From an uncultured virus (IMG/VR IMGVR_UViG_3300037400_002380) (taxonomy: Duplodnaviria > Heunggongvirae > Uroviricota > Caudoviricetes), in the IMG/VR virus record IMGVR_UViG_3300037400_002380: a stretch of DNA of 64,000 nucleotides; one strand, given 5' to 3'. Numbering within the stretch: the stretch's first letter is position 1; each line of letters starts with the position of its first letter. The notes under the pieces were generated by a model. The model was not told the DNA's origin. It made no database searches and worked only from the letters and a program-made list of their open reading frames with translations. This document shows, piece after piece, positions 30,802 through 40,037 of the stretch. The position numbers and the translations under genes are program-made.

Positions 30802-30945
30802 GAGAGGTACTGCTATTGTAACCTAAACTGAAAGGCATGGTTACTTTAACAAAGAAACAGTTACAATTGGCCACGTTTGGGAAACCGAACTAAATAATAA
30901 AATGGCCAATTTAGCTTGTGGGTGCGGCTAATCCCACTACCTCTT
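30802..30945 (+). ncRNA. Candidate structured non-coding RNA
   Basis: Begins directly after a motif; closing stem agaggta/tacctct, internal stems, GAAA loops, T-tract; no ORF. Confidence 0.55.
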
Positions 30946-31090
30946 TTTTTTTTTTTTCGCATATTTTGCAACGCACATTATAGGATAGCGAGACTGTCGT
31001 AAAATCGACAATGAGCTTTAATTTTTTGCACAAAATTTACAACTCCTATTATAGGAATAAAACTGATTTTTTATACATAGGAGGATCATT

Positions 31091-31324
31091 ATGTTTACAA
31101 AGTTTTTTAAGAAGAATAAACAGTTTAGAGTCCGCGTTGCGGAAGAGTTCGCTCCTGATACAGGTGTGGCGCTTGGAAGGCTTGGATTAATAGCCGATCA
31201 GGTAGTTTACACCGGTGAACATGAGTACACTCTTACCGGGAAATGGACTCCGGACTTTTACGGAGACACAAGAACTTTAGAGGCATTAACAATGCTCCCC
31301 GTAAGGGAAGCGGTTGTATTCTAA
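31091..31324 (+). CDS. Hypothetical protein (single-gene cassette)
   Basis: Motif at 31029, RBS AGGAGG, hairpin terminator at ~31332-31382. Confidence 0.6.
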   Translation: MFTKFFKKNKQFRVRVAEEFAPDTGVALGRLGLIADQVVYTGEHEYTLTGKWTPDFYGDTRTLEALTMLPVREAVVF

Positions 31325-31446
31325 AAAGATACGGCTCTGTTGATATTTGAAAGACAATATCTGCAGGGTCGTTTTCTTTTTTCAAATCCAAAAATTTCCC
31401 AGGTCGGAATTTTCAGAAAAACAGATTAGGAGGTGGCTAAAAGTTT

Positions 31447-31698
31447 ATGGATTTTGGTTTTACGTTTTACTTATTTATCATTTTTGTTTGCCTTATTGGG
31501 GTTCTCATTGGCGTTAAACTGGATCAAAAAAGCGGACCAAACAACGTTTTGCCAGAATGTGTTGGCGCGATTCAGATATATGTTCAGGATGGCGAAGCAT
31601 ATTTGTTTCTTGACACAGATCTCACCCCATTGGAAATGGCAAGCCATTCAGAGATCATTCTTAAGGTAGTAACGCAGGATCCACAAACCCCTTTATGA
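31447..31698 (+). CDS. Hypothetical membrane-anchored protein
   Basis: RBS AGGAGG; N-terminal TM. Confidence 0.5.
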   Translation: MDFGFTFYLFIIFVCLIGVLIGVKLDQKSGPNNVLPECVGAIQIYVQDGEAYLFLDTDLTPLEMASHSEIILKVVTQDPQTPL

Positions 31699-31734
31699 GC
31701 AACTAAAAATTATATTTTTAAGAAAGGAGTAGCA

Positions 31735-32178
31735 ATGGGAAATAGTGACGGAATTAACGATGAGATTCGCGAAGAGTGCTGTAAACTGGTACTGAGCACC
31801 ATCAATCACGCCAACTCATTACCCAAAGACTCGGACGAGTTCAAGAAGGCTGTTGACGAGTTCCAGAAAGTGTATGGCGTATATCTGGATCAGGGCAAGG
31901 CTGATTGCCAGTATGACGAAGCGTATCAGAAGCGCGTGGAAGAATTTCGGAAGCGCAAATCTGACGACGAATTTCGCGAAAAGCAGTTAGCACAGCAGCA
32001 CAAGGAGTTTCGCCAGAAACTTGTTGCGGACTGCGTTACAAACGGCATCAAGATCGCGTTCTTGGCAGTGGTTGGGAAATGGTCGTCGGTGCTTGAGGGT
32101 GTTAGCGTGATATCTAGCGGCACTGCGAAGAATTTCATCCGCGAAACGTGGAAAAATTGCTTCGAGTTAAAGAAGTAA
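31735..32178 (+). CDS. Hypothetical protein (cassette)
   Basis: Motif at 31673, RBS AAAGGAG, hairpin at 32201. Confidence 0.6.
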   Translation: MGNSDGINDEIREECCKLVLSTINHANSLPKDSDEFKKAVDEFQKVYGVYLDQGKADCQYDEAYQKRVEEFRKRKSDDEFREKQLAQQHKEFRQKLVADCVTNGIKIAFLAVVGKWSSVLEGVSVISSGTAKNFIRETWKNCFELKK

Positions 32179-32255
32179 TGTTTAAGTAGCTCGACAACCG
32201 GGCCCTGTGAGTATCGAAATGATATTTGCAGGGCCTTTTTGTTTTTGGAGGACTA

Positions 32256-32615
32256 ATGCGATACCACTATAAGAAGCCGGACATCTCTATTCCGATGTAT
32301 GGAAAAACTTATATTTGTAACCATCCAGTGTATAACAAGTGTACACTGTATAAAATGGGAAACTCTGGGCTGGCAGTAATACAACAGCGATACAGTAAGA
32401 CGACTAAACGGACTTGGTGGAATCAGATAGATCCGTATTTGCAGAATGAATTATATTTGAACCCTAGGTTTTTAGACTATTTTAAGAAGTACGCAGGTCC
32501 TTGTGTTGACGAATGCTATCCGACTGTAACGATTAGACAAATTATGTGGGCTCTGAAGATCAAACCTTTAAAACGTGAACCGTGGGAGACCTCCTTCGAT
32601 CATTGTCCTATCTAA
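32256..32615 (+). CDS. Conserved hypothetical phage protein
   Basis: RBS GGAGG then ATG 32256; CNHPVY..CTLY motif. Confidence 0.6.
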   Translation: MRYHYKKPDISIPMYGKTYICNHPVYNKCTLYKMGNSGLAVIQQRYSKTTKRTWWNQIDPYLQNELYLNPRFLDYFKKYAGPCVDECYPTVTIRQIMWALKIKPLKREPWETSFDHCPI

Positions 32616-32684
32616 ATGCGCCAAAATTACAGGTCATATTATAGAAAGGAATTGAATTTTTTTATGAAAATAAAGGAGGTTTTT

Positions 32685-32900
32685 ATGAACATTTTGCTTA
32701 ATTCTGGATGGATTAAGTCTCTTGTGTCAAAGGCGATCACGTTCGCTGTTACCAAGAAGGCTGGTATCAAAGCCGATCTCGGTATCAATGAACTTGAGAT
32801 CACCGATGACGATGACGTTGACGGAGTAAATTTACATCTGGATATAAACGTAAAAATGACAAAAGAACAATTGGAAAAGCTGTTAAAAAATTTAATGTAA
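32685..32900 (+). CDS. Hypothetical protein (cassette)
   Basis: Motif at 32619, RBS AAGGAGG, terminator at ~32908-32950. Confidence 0.55.
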   Translation: MNILLNSGWIKSLVSKAITFAVTKKAGIKADLGINELEITDDDDVDGVNLHLDINVKMTKEQLEKLLKNLM

Positions 32901-33007
32901 TTTAAGAAAGGGCTTTGTTGGGTAAAACCGGCAAGGTCCTTTTTCTTTTTCGCAAGATTTGCATACACCATTATGAAACTGTTGGAAATTATGAAAGGAG
33001 GGATGTC

Positions 33008-33088
33008 ATGAGCCCGATCCACATAGTATTAGGATGTGGGTTGCTTATTGCAGCTTATTTAAACATGATCGACAACAACGATATGTAA
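33008..33088 (+). CDS. 26-aa hydrophobic peptide MSPIHIVLGCGLLIAAYLNMIDNNDM
   Basis: Strong RBS AAAGGAGG; translated by hand; below the ORF-track cutoff. Confidence 0.5.
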   Translation: MSPIHIVLGCGLLIAAYLNMIDNNDM

Positions 33089-33103
33089 AGAAAGGAGGAG
33101 ATT

Positions 33104-33196
33104 ATGCAGTTTGGAGGAATCACAATACTTGTGATTGGCCTCGCTGTTATTTGTATCTTAAAGGACTGGAACAAGTCCAATAAAGACAAAAAATAA
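33104..33196 (+). CDS. 30-aa hydrophobic peptide MQFGGITILVIGLAVICILKDWNKSNKDKK
   Basis: Strong RBS AAAGGAGG; single TM plus basic tail; terminator at ~33221-33260. Confidence 0.55.
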   Translation: MQFGGITILVIGLAVICILKDWNKSNKDKK

Positions 33197-33326
33197 TTAG
33201 TGAAAACCAATCACGAACTTTGGGAGGCTTTGCGAGATTCGCAGAGTCTCCTCTTTTTTCTCCTTCGCAGATTTTACAGGTCTTTTTATGACACTAGTAA
33301 CTGATATATTATAAGGAGGACGAAAT

Positions 33327-33587
33327 ATGTTTAATGTGCCTAAACTTAGAAAACCCGTGAAAAGGATGTCACACAAAATGGACTTACCGAAGACGTGTGT
33401 CGATCAGAAAGTCTGGGACGCTCTTCATCGTTTTGGTACCTTTGTAACAACAAAGGAATACCTGAAGGAAGATGAAGAGGCAACAGAGTTCTGGTACGAG
33501 ATCCGCGTTATCGCAAGCAACGATGAGTGGGACGCTCTTAACCGAGCTTTCGGGGCGATGGGCATTGACAAAATGCTCGCCAAGTAA
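33327..33587 (+). CDS. Hypothetical protein (cassette)
   Basis: Motif at 33266, RBS AAGGAGG, hairpin at 33611. Confidence 0.6.
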   Translation: MFNVPKLRKPVKRMSHKMDLPKTCVDQKVWDALHRFGTFVTTKEYLKEDEEATEFWYEIRVIASNDEWDALNRAFGAMGIDKMLAK

Positions 33588-33674
33588 AAAATTAGTAACA
33601 AGTAGACTGTGGCTCTCTGTAAGTATCCAAATGATATTTGCAGGGAGTCTTTTGTTTTTCCAGGAGGGATAAGA

Positions 33675-33980
33675 ATGGATAAGAAATTCACAATTACTAT
33701 TCCGTACGAGAATGATTTTTCAGATGAACAAAGAAGGGATCTTGCCTTGTTCGAGTTCCTGTGCCAGAAAAATTACGTTAACGATAAGCCTAAAGCGTAT
33801 GGCACACTTTCTCTGAACGAAGTTATGAGAGATTTTCATTACCTAAAGTGTTACCGATATTCGTATCGCTGGGGCTGGGATTTGCATAAGCACGGTTTCA
33901 TAGACGTTAATCTGATTCCAAATCCTGCGAGCGATTATATTTGGTATCTGAAATTCACAGCTTATGACATTGTTGGATAA
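33675..33980 (+). CDS. Hypothetical protein
   Basis: RBS AGGAGG before ATG (MDKKF...). Confidence 0.5.
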   Translation: MDKKFTITIPYENDFSDEQRRDLALFEFLCQKNYVNDKPKAYGTLSLNEVMRDFHYLKCYRYSYRWGWDLHKHGFIDVNLIPNPASDYIWYLKFTAYDIVG

Positions 33981-34194
33981 GGAGGGAACATGATCGACAG
34001 GATTCTTACTTTTATATTTGGCGAACTCACGGCCGCAGAAATTTGGGAAGCATGCGGTCAGCAGGTTAATGATACTGGCGAGATCGATCTGCTTATGGCT
34101 ATTCAGTATTTCACAGAACGTAAATGGAACGAAAGATTCTGGAGAATGATCGGTCGCTGATATTCTGATCCGCAAAATTTGCAAAGAGTATTGT

Positions 34195-34250
34195 GAGAGA
34201 CATTGACGGCTTAATTGAGGCTAGATCGGAAACGATTGTCGATGTCTCTC
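34195..34250 (+). ncRNA. Candidate small three-way-junction RNA
   Basis: Starts right after the motif at 34171; 13-bp closing stem gagagacattgac/gtcgatgtctctc; two inner hairpins, one with a GAAA loop. Confidence 0.5.
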
Positions 34251-34442
34251 TTAACTTTTCGTTCACTTATATTTTTTACAAAGGAGGTCGAAATTGAAAA
34301 AATGGGGTGCAATTCAATTGATTGCAGAAGCAGTAACAGGTATTGCCTCGGTCATCAGCATCGTGGCAGGTTTTAAAAACGACGAGGATCTTGACGAAAG
34401 AGTAAGAAGAATTCTCGACAATGACTCAGAGGAGGAAGAATA

Positions 34443-34634
34443 ATGAAAAATTCTACAAAGTATTTTCTTAAAAGCCTGGCAGCCTGGGCGGTTTTTGTCG
34501 CTGGAGCTATCGCGTATAATCAGTGTGGTTATGAGAACGGCTACGACGATGCTCTTGAGGGCGCTACAAAGGCTGCAAAAGAGCACGGTCACGATATCGA
34601 GTTTATTAAAACTAAAAAGAGAAAGGAGAAATAA
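34443..34634 (+). CDS. Hypothetical membrane-anchored protein
   Basis: ORF with N-terminal TM in a tightly packed operon. Confidence 0.5.
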   Translation: MKNSTKYFLKSLAAWAVFVAGAIAYNQCGYENGYDDALEGATKAAKEHGHDIEFIKTKKRKEK

Positions 34635-34636
34635 TT

Positions 34637-34930
34637 ATGAAGTTCCCTAAGATCAAAATCAGAAAAGGTGCTGGAATCAGACTTCTTGCATCAACGGCAT
34701 TATCGTTTGGAGCAGCTTTCTTCGGCTATTACCGCTATAAGCAGGGACTTGAGGAAGAGTGGGAGTACCTCACGGGTAAGGCCGATGAAAAAAGTAATAC
34801 GTTTTTTACAAACATGGACGATCCAGACAAGGATCGCGACAGGTATCTGATGTTAGGTAAAGAGAGGTCTTCCGAGTTATGGAAGATTGCTCAGGAGACA
34901 GTGAACAATGATCAGGAGAGCAACGACTAA
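34637..34930 (+). CDS. Hypothetical membrane-anchored protein
   Basis: RBS AAAGGAG; N-terminal TM. Confidence 0.5.
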   Translation: MKFPKIKIRKGAGIRLLASTALSFGAAFFGYYRYKQGLEEEWEYLTGKADEKSNTFFTNMDDPDKDRDRYLMLGKERSSELWKIAQETVNNDQESND

Positions 34931-35189
34931 GGGCAAAATAATAAACCGAATGTGTTTATATTTGTCGGAACTCGGTGATCCAGCACGCAGTTCATCACCA
35001 CATGGTGTCGTGGCTAGATCATATGCAAAGTCGACGGTGTTGGAATTAATAAAGGAGGTGGTGCATTCCGACACCGATCCGGCTTTGGTTGTTTCAGAAT
35101 TTATTAAAAAAGTTAACAAACGTGACGGGTTTATATTTAGTGTTGCATACGACATTGCCGTAGACCTGTACGATCGTGTGTTTTTATGA
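34908..35189 (+). CDS. Hypothetical protein
   Basis: Overlapping operon gene. Confidence 0.5.
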   Translation: MIRRATTKGKIINRMCLYLSELGDPARSSSPHGVVARSYAKSTVLELIKEVVHSDTDPALVVSEFIKKVNKRDGFIFSVAYDIAVDLYDRVFL

Positions 35190-35200
35190 AAGGAGTTTAA

Positions 35201-35416
35201 ATGAATACTGATAGCGTTACTATTTTTCTGGATAAGAGCCCTCTTTACATAGCTAACCAGCTTATTACGGCTATTATAGACGATGAGAGGAAACCTTCTC
35301 AGGAAGCAATCGACACGCTTGATGAAATCGCGGCATATATTCGTACTTGGGCAAGTTTTAGACCCTACGAAGAAGATAAGCGTCCGTTTCGTTACAGTTA
35401 TAGACCGGCACGATAA
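35201..35416 (+). CDS. Hypothetical protein
   Basis: RBS AAAGGAG. Confidence 0.5.
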   Translation: MNTDSVTIFLDKSPLYIANQLITAIIDDERKPSQEAIDTLDEIAAYIRTWASFRPYEEDKRPFRYSYRPAR

Positions 35417-35442
35417 TCCGCAAAGTTTGCAATGACTATTAT

Positions 35443-35518
35443 GGAAAGACTTCGGTCCAATGGGTGGACGCTACCAGCAATGGTAGAGAAGGTGTGTTCG
35501 AATCTACCAAGTCTTTCC
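35443..35518 (+). ncRNA. 76-nt tRNA-like cloverleaf RNA without a canonical anticodon loop
   Basis: 10-bp closing stem, D-like arm, ctacca-GCAA-tggtag arm, GTTCGAATC T-loop arm; motif upstream and U-tract downstream. Confidence 0.6.
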
Positions 35519-35744
35519 TTTTCTTTTTCACTTTTATATTTTCAAAGAAAGGAGTAACTATGTTAAAAGTATTCAAAACTATTTGTGGAGCAGTAGCAGT
35601 CTACGTTGAGTTCAAACTTGTCAAAGGGTATATCGCGCATCTCATGACAAAAGAGATGTATAAAAGAGGCGTAGACGATCTTCACATCAACGGTATGGAG
35701 CTTGTAGAACTGATTAAGAATGATATTTTCTGAGAGGCGTAACA

Positions 35745-36509
35745 ATGAGCAAATTGAGAGCGCTTAGAGCTGGTCTGATCAAACTCGGTCCGCAGATTGC
35801 TACTGGCATTGGGATCGGATTAGCTCTTCTTGCGGGCATCAAGGCTGTAGAGAAAACACCTGAAGCGATTAAACTCATCGAAAAGAAAAAGGAGGAAGAG
35901 CATAAAGATGAGTTGACACCGATGGAGACAGTGGAAGCAACATGGAAATGTTATATTCTGCCTATCATCATGTTCATTATCGCCTGCGTTCTGATTATCG
36001 GAGGGCAGAGAGTATCTACAAGGAGGGCATTGGCGGCAGCAACCGCCTGCTCGCTATCGGAAAGCAAGTTGCAAAAGATACTCGAAACGGAGAAGGCGTT
36101 CCTAGGTGATAAGAAAATGGACGAACTCCAGACCGAACGAGCACGATATGAAATAAAAAACAATCCGCCAGGTGAGGACATAGTTATCACCGGACGTGGA
36201 GACGCTTTGTTTTATGACGTACTCCATAAAAGATATTTCAAATCAGATCCGACGTACGTTGACAAGGCCATTTCGAGACTTAACTTCAGATTGTTAGATG
36301 AAATGTATGTTTCTGTAAACGACTATTGGAGTGAGATGGGCCTTCCAACAACAAAACTCGGAGAAATGCTCTGTTGGTCAGTTAATGACGGATCCATAGA
36401 TCCTGGTAAAACTGTAATTTTGGTTGACTCAGGACCATATGAAGGCTATCCGTGCAGAGTAATGGACTTTTATGTTTGTCCGAGGCATAACTACAACGAT
36501 CGTTATTAA
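35745..36509 (+). CDS. DUF6353-like conserved phage protein
   Basis: Two TM-like helices; LFYDVLHKRYFKS and VSVNDYWSEMGL motifs. Confidence 0.55.
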   Translation: MSKLRALRAGLIKLGPQIATGIGIGLALLAGIKAVEKTPEAIKLIEKKKEEEHKDELTPMETVEATWKCYILPIIMFIIACVLIIGGQRVSTRRALAAATACSLSESKLQKILETEKAFLGDKKMDELQTERARYEIKNNPPGEDIVITGRGDALFYDVLHKRYFKSDPTYVDKAISRLNFRLLDEMYVSVNDYWSEMGLPTTKLGEMLCWSVNDGSIDPGKTVILVDSGPYEGYPCRVMDFYVCPRHNYNDRY

Positions 36510-36574
36510 TTCGCAATAATAACGAACGCTATTATGAAACTGGTAACTTCGTCGAATACGAAAGGAGAATTGCT

Positions 36575-36814
36575 ATGGACGAAGAAAGAACTACGATGGA
36601 AACTGCTGAGGTTGTAAATAATGATATTCTGGATCAGGGAGCACCGGTTCCTGGCGATGAATCCGAGGAAGGACTTCCGTTTGGCGTATATGCTATTGCA
36701 TTCGGCGTCGGCGTCCTTATTGGAAAGGGAGTTAAATCAGTGTTTAACCTGATCACAGGTAAGAACAAAAAGTACGCCGAAGTGGACCACGGGAAGTTCA
36801 CTCGTGTTAAGTAA
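36575..36814 (+). CDS. Hypothetical membrane protein (cassette)
   Basis: Motif at 36512, RBS AAAGGAG, hairpin at ~36853. Confidence 0.55.
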   Translation: MDEERTTMETAEVVNNDILDQGAPVPGDESEEGLPFGVYAIAFGVGVLIGKGVKSVFNLITGKNKKYAEVDHGKFTRVK

Positions 36815-36953
36815 AACAAAATTATATTCTAAACGAAGTAACTGAAAACACGGAGAGGTTGTGCAACATATGCAACCTCTCCTTTTGTTTTCGAAAAGTG
36901 GATACGAGGGATAAGCAATTCCAACATAGTTCAAATCAAAAAGGAGGTTCGAC

Positions 36954-37283
36954 ATGCGTAAAGGTTTAGTTATATTCGGAACACTTATTGTAGCAGGTGT
37001 GGCCGGCATCATTGCGTATAAAAAACACAAAAAATCCGAGGAGGAAGATTTAGCAAAAACAATTGCAAAGACCATTAAGGATAAGGTTGATGAAGCAACC
37101 GTTGAAAAAGATATTAAGGACATGATCGATAAGAAGGCTAAACGGATTGTTGATCAGATTTCTTTGGAAAAGTCGATCATTCGTTTTGCAGACAGAATGA
37201 CTGACAAAATTATATTTAAAGCAAAACGCGCGATCGAGAAGAAAGTCGCCCATTACATGTTCTGGGCGGAATGGCTCGAATAG
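36954..37283 (+). CDS. Hypothetical membrane-anchored protein
   Basis: RBS AAGGAGG; N-terminal TM. Confidence 0.55.
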   Translation: MRKGLVIFGTLIVAGVAGIIAYKKHKKSEEEDLAKTIAKTIKDKVDEATVEKDIKDMIDKKAKRIVDQISLEKSIIRFADRMTDKIIFKAKRAIEKKVAHYMFWAEWLE

Positions 37284-37298
37284 GAAGGAGAATTATAT

Positions 37299-37889
37299 TT
37301 GGCTGACTACAGAAACGCAGGAAAGGCCGATAACGAACAAAAGACTTCTAGTAAAAAACTGGAAAAGGTCGTAAAGGGCTCCGTAAAACCAAAAAAGAAG
37401 TCTGGGTTCCGTAAGTTCATGGACGCATTTGTCCAGGAAGATATTGGCACTATTAAAGATTATGTATTTACAGAGGTTCTGATTCCGGCTATGAAAAAGA
37501 CATTTTCGGATATTGTCAACAATAGCCTGGACATGCTTCTTTGGGGTAAGTCTGGAGGTAGACGAACAAGAGGCAGCGCTGAACGAATCTCGTATAGAAG
37601 CTACTACAGAGATGGTGGCGTAAGCAGGGAGCCCGAAAAAAAGCGCAGGTACGACTATGATGAAATTGTTTTGGATAGCAGAGAAGAAGCAGAGGAAGTT
37701 CTTACAAGAATGAACGAGCTTCTTGAAGATTACAAAATGGTTAGCGTAGCAGACCTGTATGACCTGGTTGGTATCACTGGCAAAGTTACAGACAATAATT
37801 TCGGATGGACCGATCTGCGTAACGCATCGGTTACCCGTGACAGAGACGGATATTTGATTAACTTACCCAGAGCTATTGCTTTGGATTGA
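37299..37889 (+). CDS. Conserved hypothetical phage protein
   Basis: SREEAEEVL...VSVADLYDLVG...FGWTDL motif. Confidence 0.65.
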   Translation: MADYRNAGKADNEQKTSSKKLEKVVKGSVKPKKKSGFRKFMDAFVQEDIGTIKDYVFTEVLIPAMKKTFSDIVNNSLDMLLWGKSGGRRTRGSAERISYRSYYRDGGVSREPEKKRRYDYDEIVLDSREEAEEVLTRMNELLEDYKMVSVADLYDLVGITGKVTDNNFGWTDLRNASVTRDRDGYLINLPRAIALD

Positions 37890-37900
37890 AAGGAGTATTT

Positions 37901-38830
37901 ATGAGCAAGATGAGACTCGGAAAGGTTATAAAGAAACTCGTTAAGCATAGAAAGGCTGAGATCTGCATGGCCGCCGGAACAATTCTCGGAGTAGCGTCTT
38001 TTGTTTCGGCTTGCATCCAGGCCGGAAAAGGCTTGAATGATATTTCAAAGGATCATGCTGAGAGGATTGCAAAAGTTAGAGCAATGGACAAAGACGATCC
38101 GGAAAGAGGCAAAGAGACTCTGAAATGCTATGGTAAGACACTGTATCGGTCCGCACGTCTCATGGCTGGACCTTTGGCTTTGTTCGTAGCGTCTCAGGTA
38201 TCATTCTATGCGGCATACAATAATCTGAACATCACAAATGCTGGGCTTGCAGCAGGACTGGCTGGTCTTAAGAAAGAGTATGAAGCTTATCAGGAACGCA
38301 CTGAAAAGATCGTAGGTAAAGAAGTAGCTGACAAGATTCGTTATGGCGCAGAGACCAAAGAGATTGAGAAGACTGTAATCGATGAGAATGGCGAGGAAAA
38401 GGTTGTTACCGAAATCGCAGATGTTGTAGAGAATCCTGACGGGAGCGATTTTGTGAAGTATTTCGCTAAAGGCAATCCTAACTGGGATAATTCTCCAGAC
38501 ATGAGTAAGTTCTTTCTCGATTGCCAGCAGAACCTTGCTAATGACATGCTCAGAACAAATGGCGAGTTAACTCTAAATGAGGTGTATGACATGCTTGGGT
38601 TCGAGAGAACGGAAGCTGGCATGGTCATGGGCTGGCTGTACGATAAGTATCATCCGTTTGGCGAGAACAAAGTAGAGTTTAGGAAGAAACGCGTCCACAT
38701 TCCGAACGAAAACGGCAAAGGATATTCCATAGGTTACGCCATCGATTTCAACATTGACGGTAACATCTATGAGGAGAAGATCCGCAGGAGAGGTCTTAAA
38801 ACCTTTCGGAAGCGGAAATTGGATGGCTGA
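37901..38830 (+). CDS. DUF6353-like conserved phage protein (paralogue of 35745)
   Basis: LTLNEVYDMLG..GW..IDFNIDG motif. Confidence 0.55.
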   Translation: MSKMRLGKVIKKLVKHRKAEICMAAGTILGVASFVSACIQAGKGLNDISKDHAERIAKVRAMDKDDPERGKETLKCYGKTLYRSARLMAGPLALFVASQVSFYAAYNNLNITNAGLAAGLAGLKKEYEAYQERTEKIVGKEVADKIRYGAETKEIEKTVIDENGEEKVVTEIADVVENPDGSDFVKYFAKGNPNWDNSPDMSKFFLDCQQNLANDMLRTNGELTLNEVYDMLGFERTEAGMVMGWLYDKYHPFGENKVEFRKKRVHIPNENGKGYSIGYAIDFNIDGNIYEEKIRRRGLKTFRKRKLDG

Positions 38831-38872
38831 TATTTTTGATTACCCTTGGTTGTTCTATTAAGGAGAATAATT

Positions 38873-39487
38873 ATGAAGAAAGCTTTTTATGCAGTGGCGT
38901 TTCTTGCAGGGGCTGTTGTCGGAGTTGTTTCCGGAGCGTTTGCTATGAATAAGTACATTCACAAGCACTATGATATTTCAGAAAAGACTGACGATGCCGA
39001 TGACGCAGAAGAACCTTTCGAGTCTGTCGAGCAGGATGAAGACGATGGATTAAGTCAAGAAGAGAAGATTATTAAACGTGCTAATAATGATATTTTGAAA
39101 CACGTTAAAGATCCTGAAGAAAGAAAAAAGACAGAGGCGCTTCTCAACGAATATATTACTCTTTCGTCAATTTATGGCGGAGAAGAAGTTGTTGAGATGC
39201 ACGATACACCATATAGAATTATGCCCGATCAGTTTTCAGAGTTCTCTGACTATAGTGCAGTAGAACTCACTTTATATTCTGATGGGATTGTTGCTGACGA
39301 CCGCGATGAGATAGTACCAAATGCGGAAGAATTACTCGGTCCAAATTTCAGATCGATGTTTAAGGAAGGAGAAGATGAGCTTTATATTCGTAACGATGAA
39401 CGATGCTGCGATTATGCAATCCTGAAAGATCTCCAGACATATGAAACTTTGGAAGATGAGCGTCCGCATTACATAGAGGAGGGATAA
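38873..39487 (+). CDS. Conserved hypothetical protein, N-terminal TM, acidic
   Basis: PYRI.PD.F, LTLYSDGIVAD, LYIRND motifs. Confidence 0.6.
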   Translation: MKKAFYAVAFLAGAVVGVVSGAFAMNKYIHKHYDISEKTDDADDAEEPFESVEQDEDDGLSQEEKIIKRANNDILKHVKDPEERKKTEALLNEYITLSSIYGGEEVVEMHDTPYRIMPDQFSEFSDYSAVELTLYSDGIVADDRDEIVPNAEELLGPNFRSMFKEGEDELYIRNDERCCDYAILKDLQTYETLEDERPHYIEEG

Positions 39488-40033
39488 ATGAGCGATATTT
39501 CGAAGGATTACTTCGATTGGCTATGCGGACTAATTGATTACAAGGGTAAAGTCAGGTCTTATAAAAAGGTCCTGGCTTTGCTCTATAACCAGGATTTCAT
39601 TTATACGATTGATAAGGATGCGAATCGTTACGAAGACGGCATTGATCTTAGATACCAGTTTGGAGATGAGAAGCATGTACGTGCTTCCGAAATTGCTGAT
39701 ATTTTGGACAACCGTCCTTGCAGCGTTCTGGAAATGATGGTCGCTCTTGCAGTCCGGTGCGAGGACCACATAATGTGCGATCCGGATCTCGGGGCACGCC
39801 AAAGCAAATGGTTCTGGGTAATGTTTGACAACCTAGGTCTTAAAGGAATGACCAACGGCAAGGTTGACGCTAACAATGGTTATATTTTAGACATCGTTGA
39901 TCGGTTTCTATACAGAGAATACGAGAAAGATGGAACCGGAGGATTGTTCAGAACAACTGATCCTGACAAAGACATGCGCGAAGAAGAAATCTGGTATCAG
40001 ATGATGGAGTATCTCAAGAGCAATCGGGAGTAA
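39488..40033 (+). CDS. Conserved hypothetical protein preceding the replicase
   Basis: DANRYEDGIDLR, CSVLEMMVALA, GGLF, EIWYQM motifs. Confidence 0.65.
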   Translation: MSDISKDYFDWLCGLIDYKGKVRSYKKVLALLYNQDFIYTIDKDANRYEDGIDLRYQFGDEKHVRASEIADILDNRPCSVLEMMVALAVRCEDHIMCDPDLGARQSKWFWVMFDNLGLKGMTNGKVDANNGYILDIVDRFLYREYEKDGTGGLFRTTDPDKDMREEEIWYQMMEYLKSNRE

Positions 40034-40037
40034 CTAA

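Noticed and set aside
35443..35518. Functional decoding tRNA
   Set aside because: The anticodon position has a 4-nt loop, the acceptor stem is 10 bp and there is no CCA; kept only as tRNA-like
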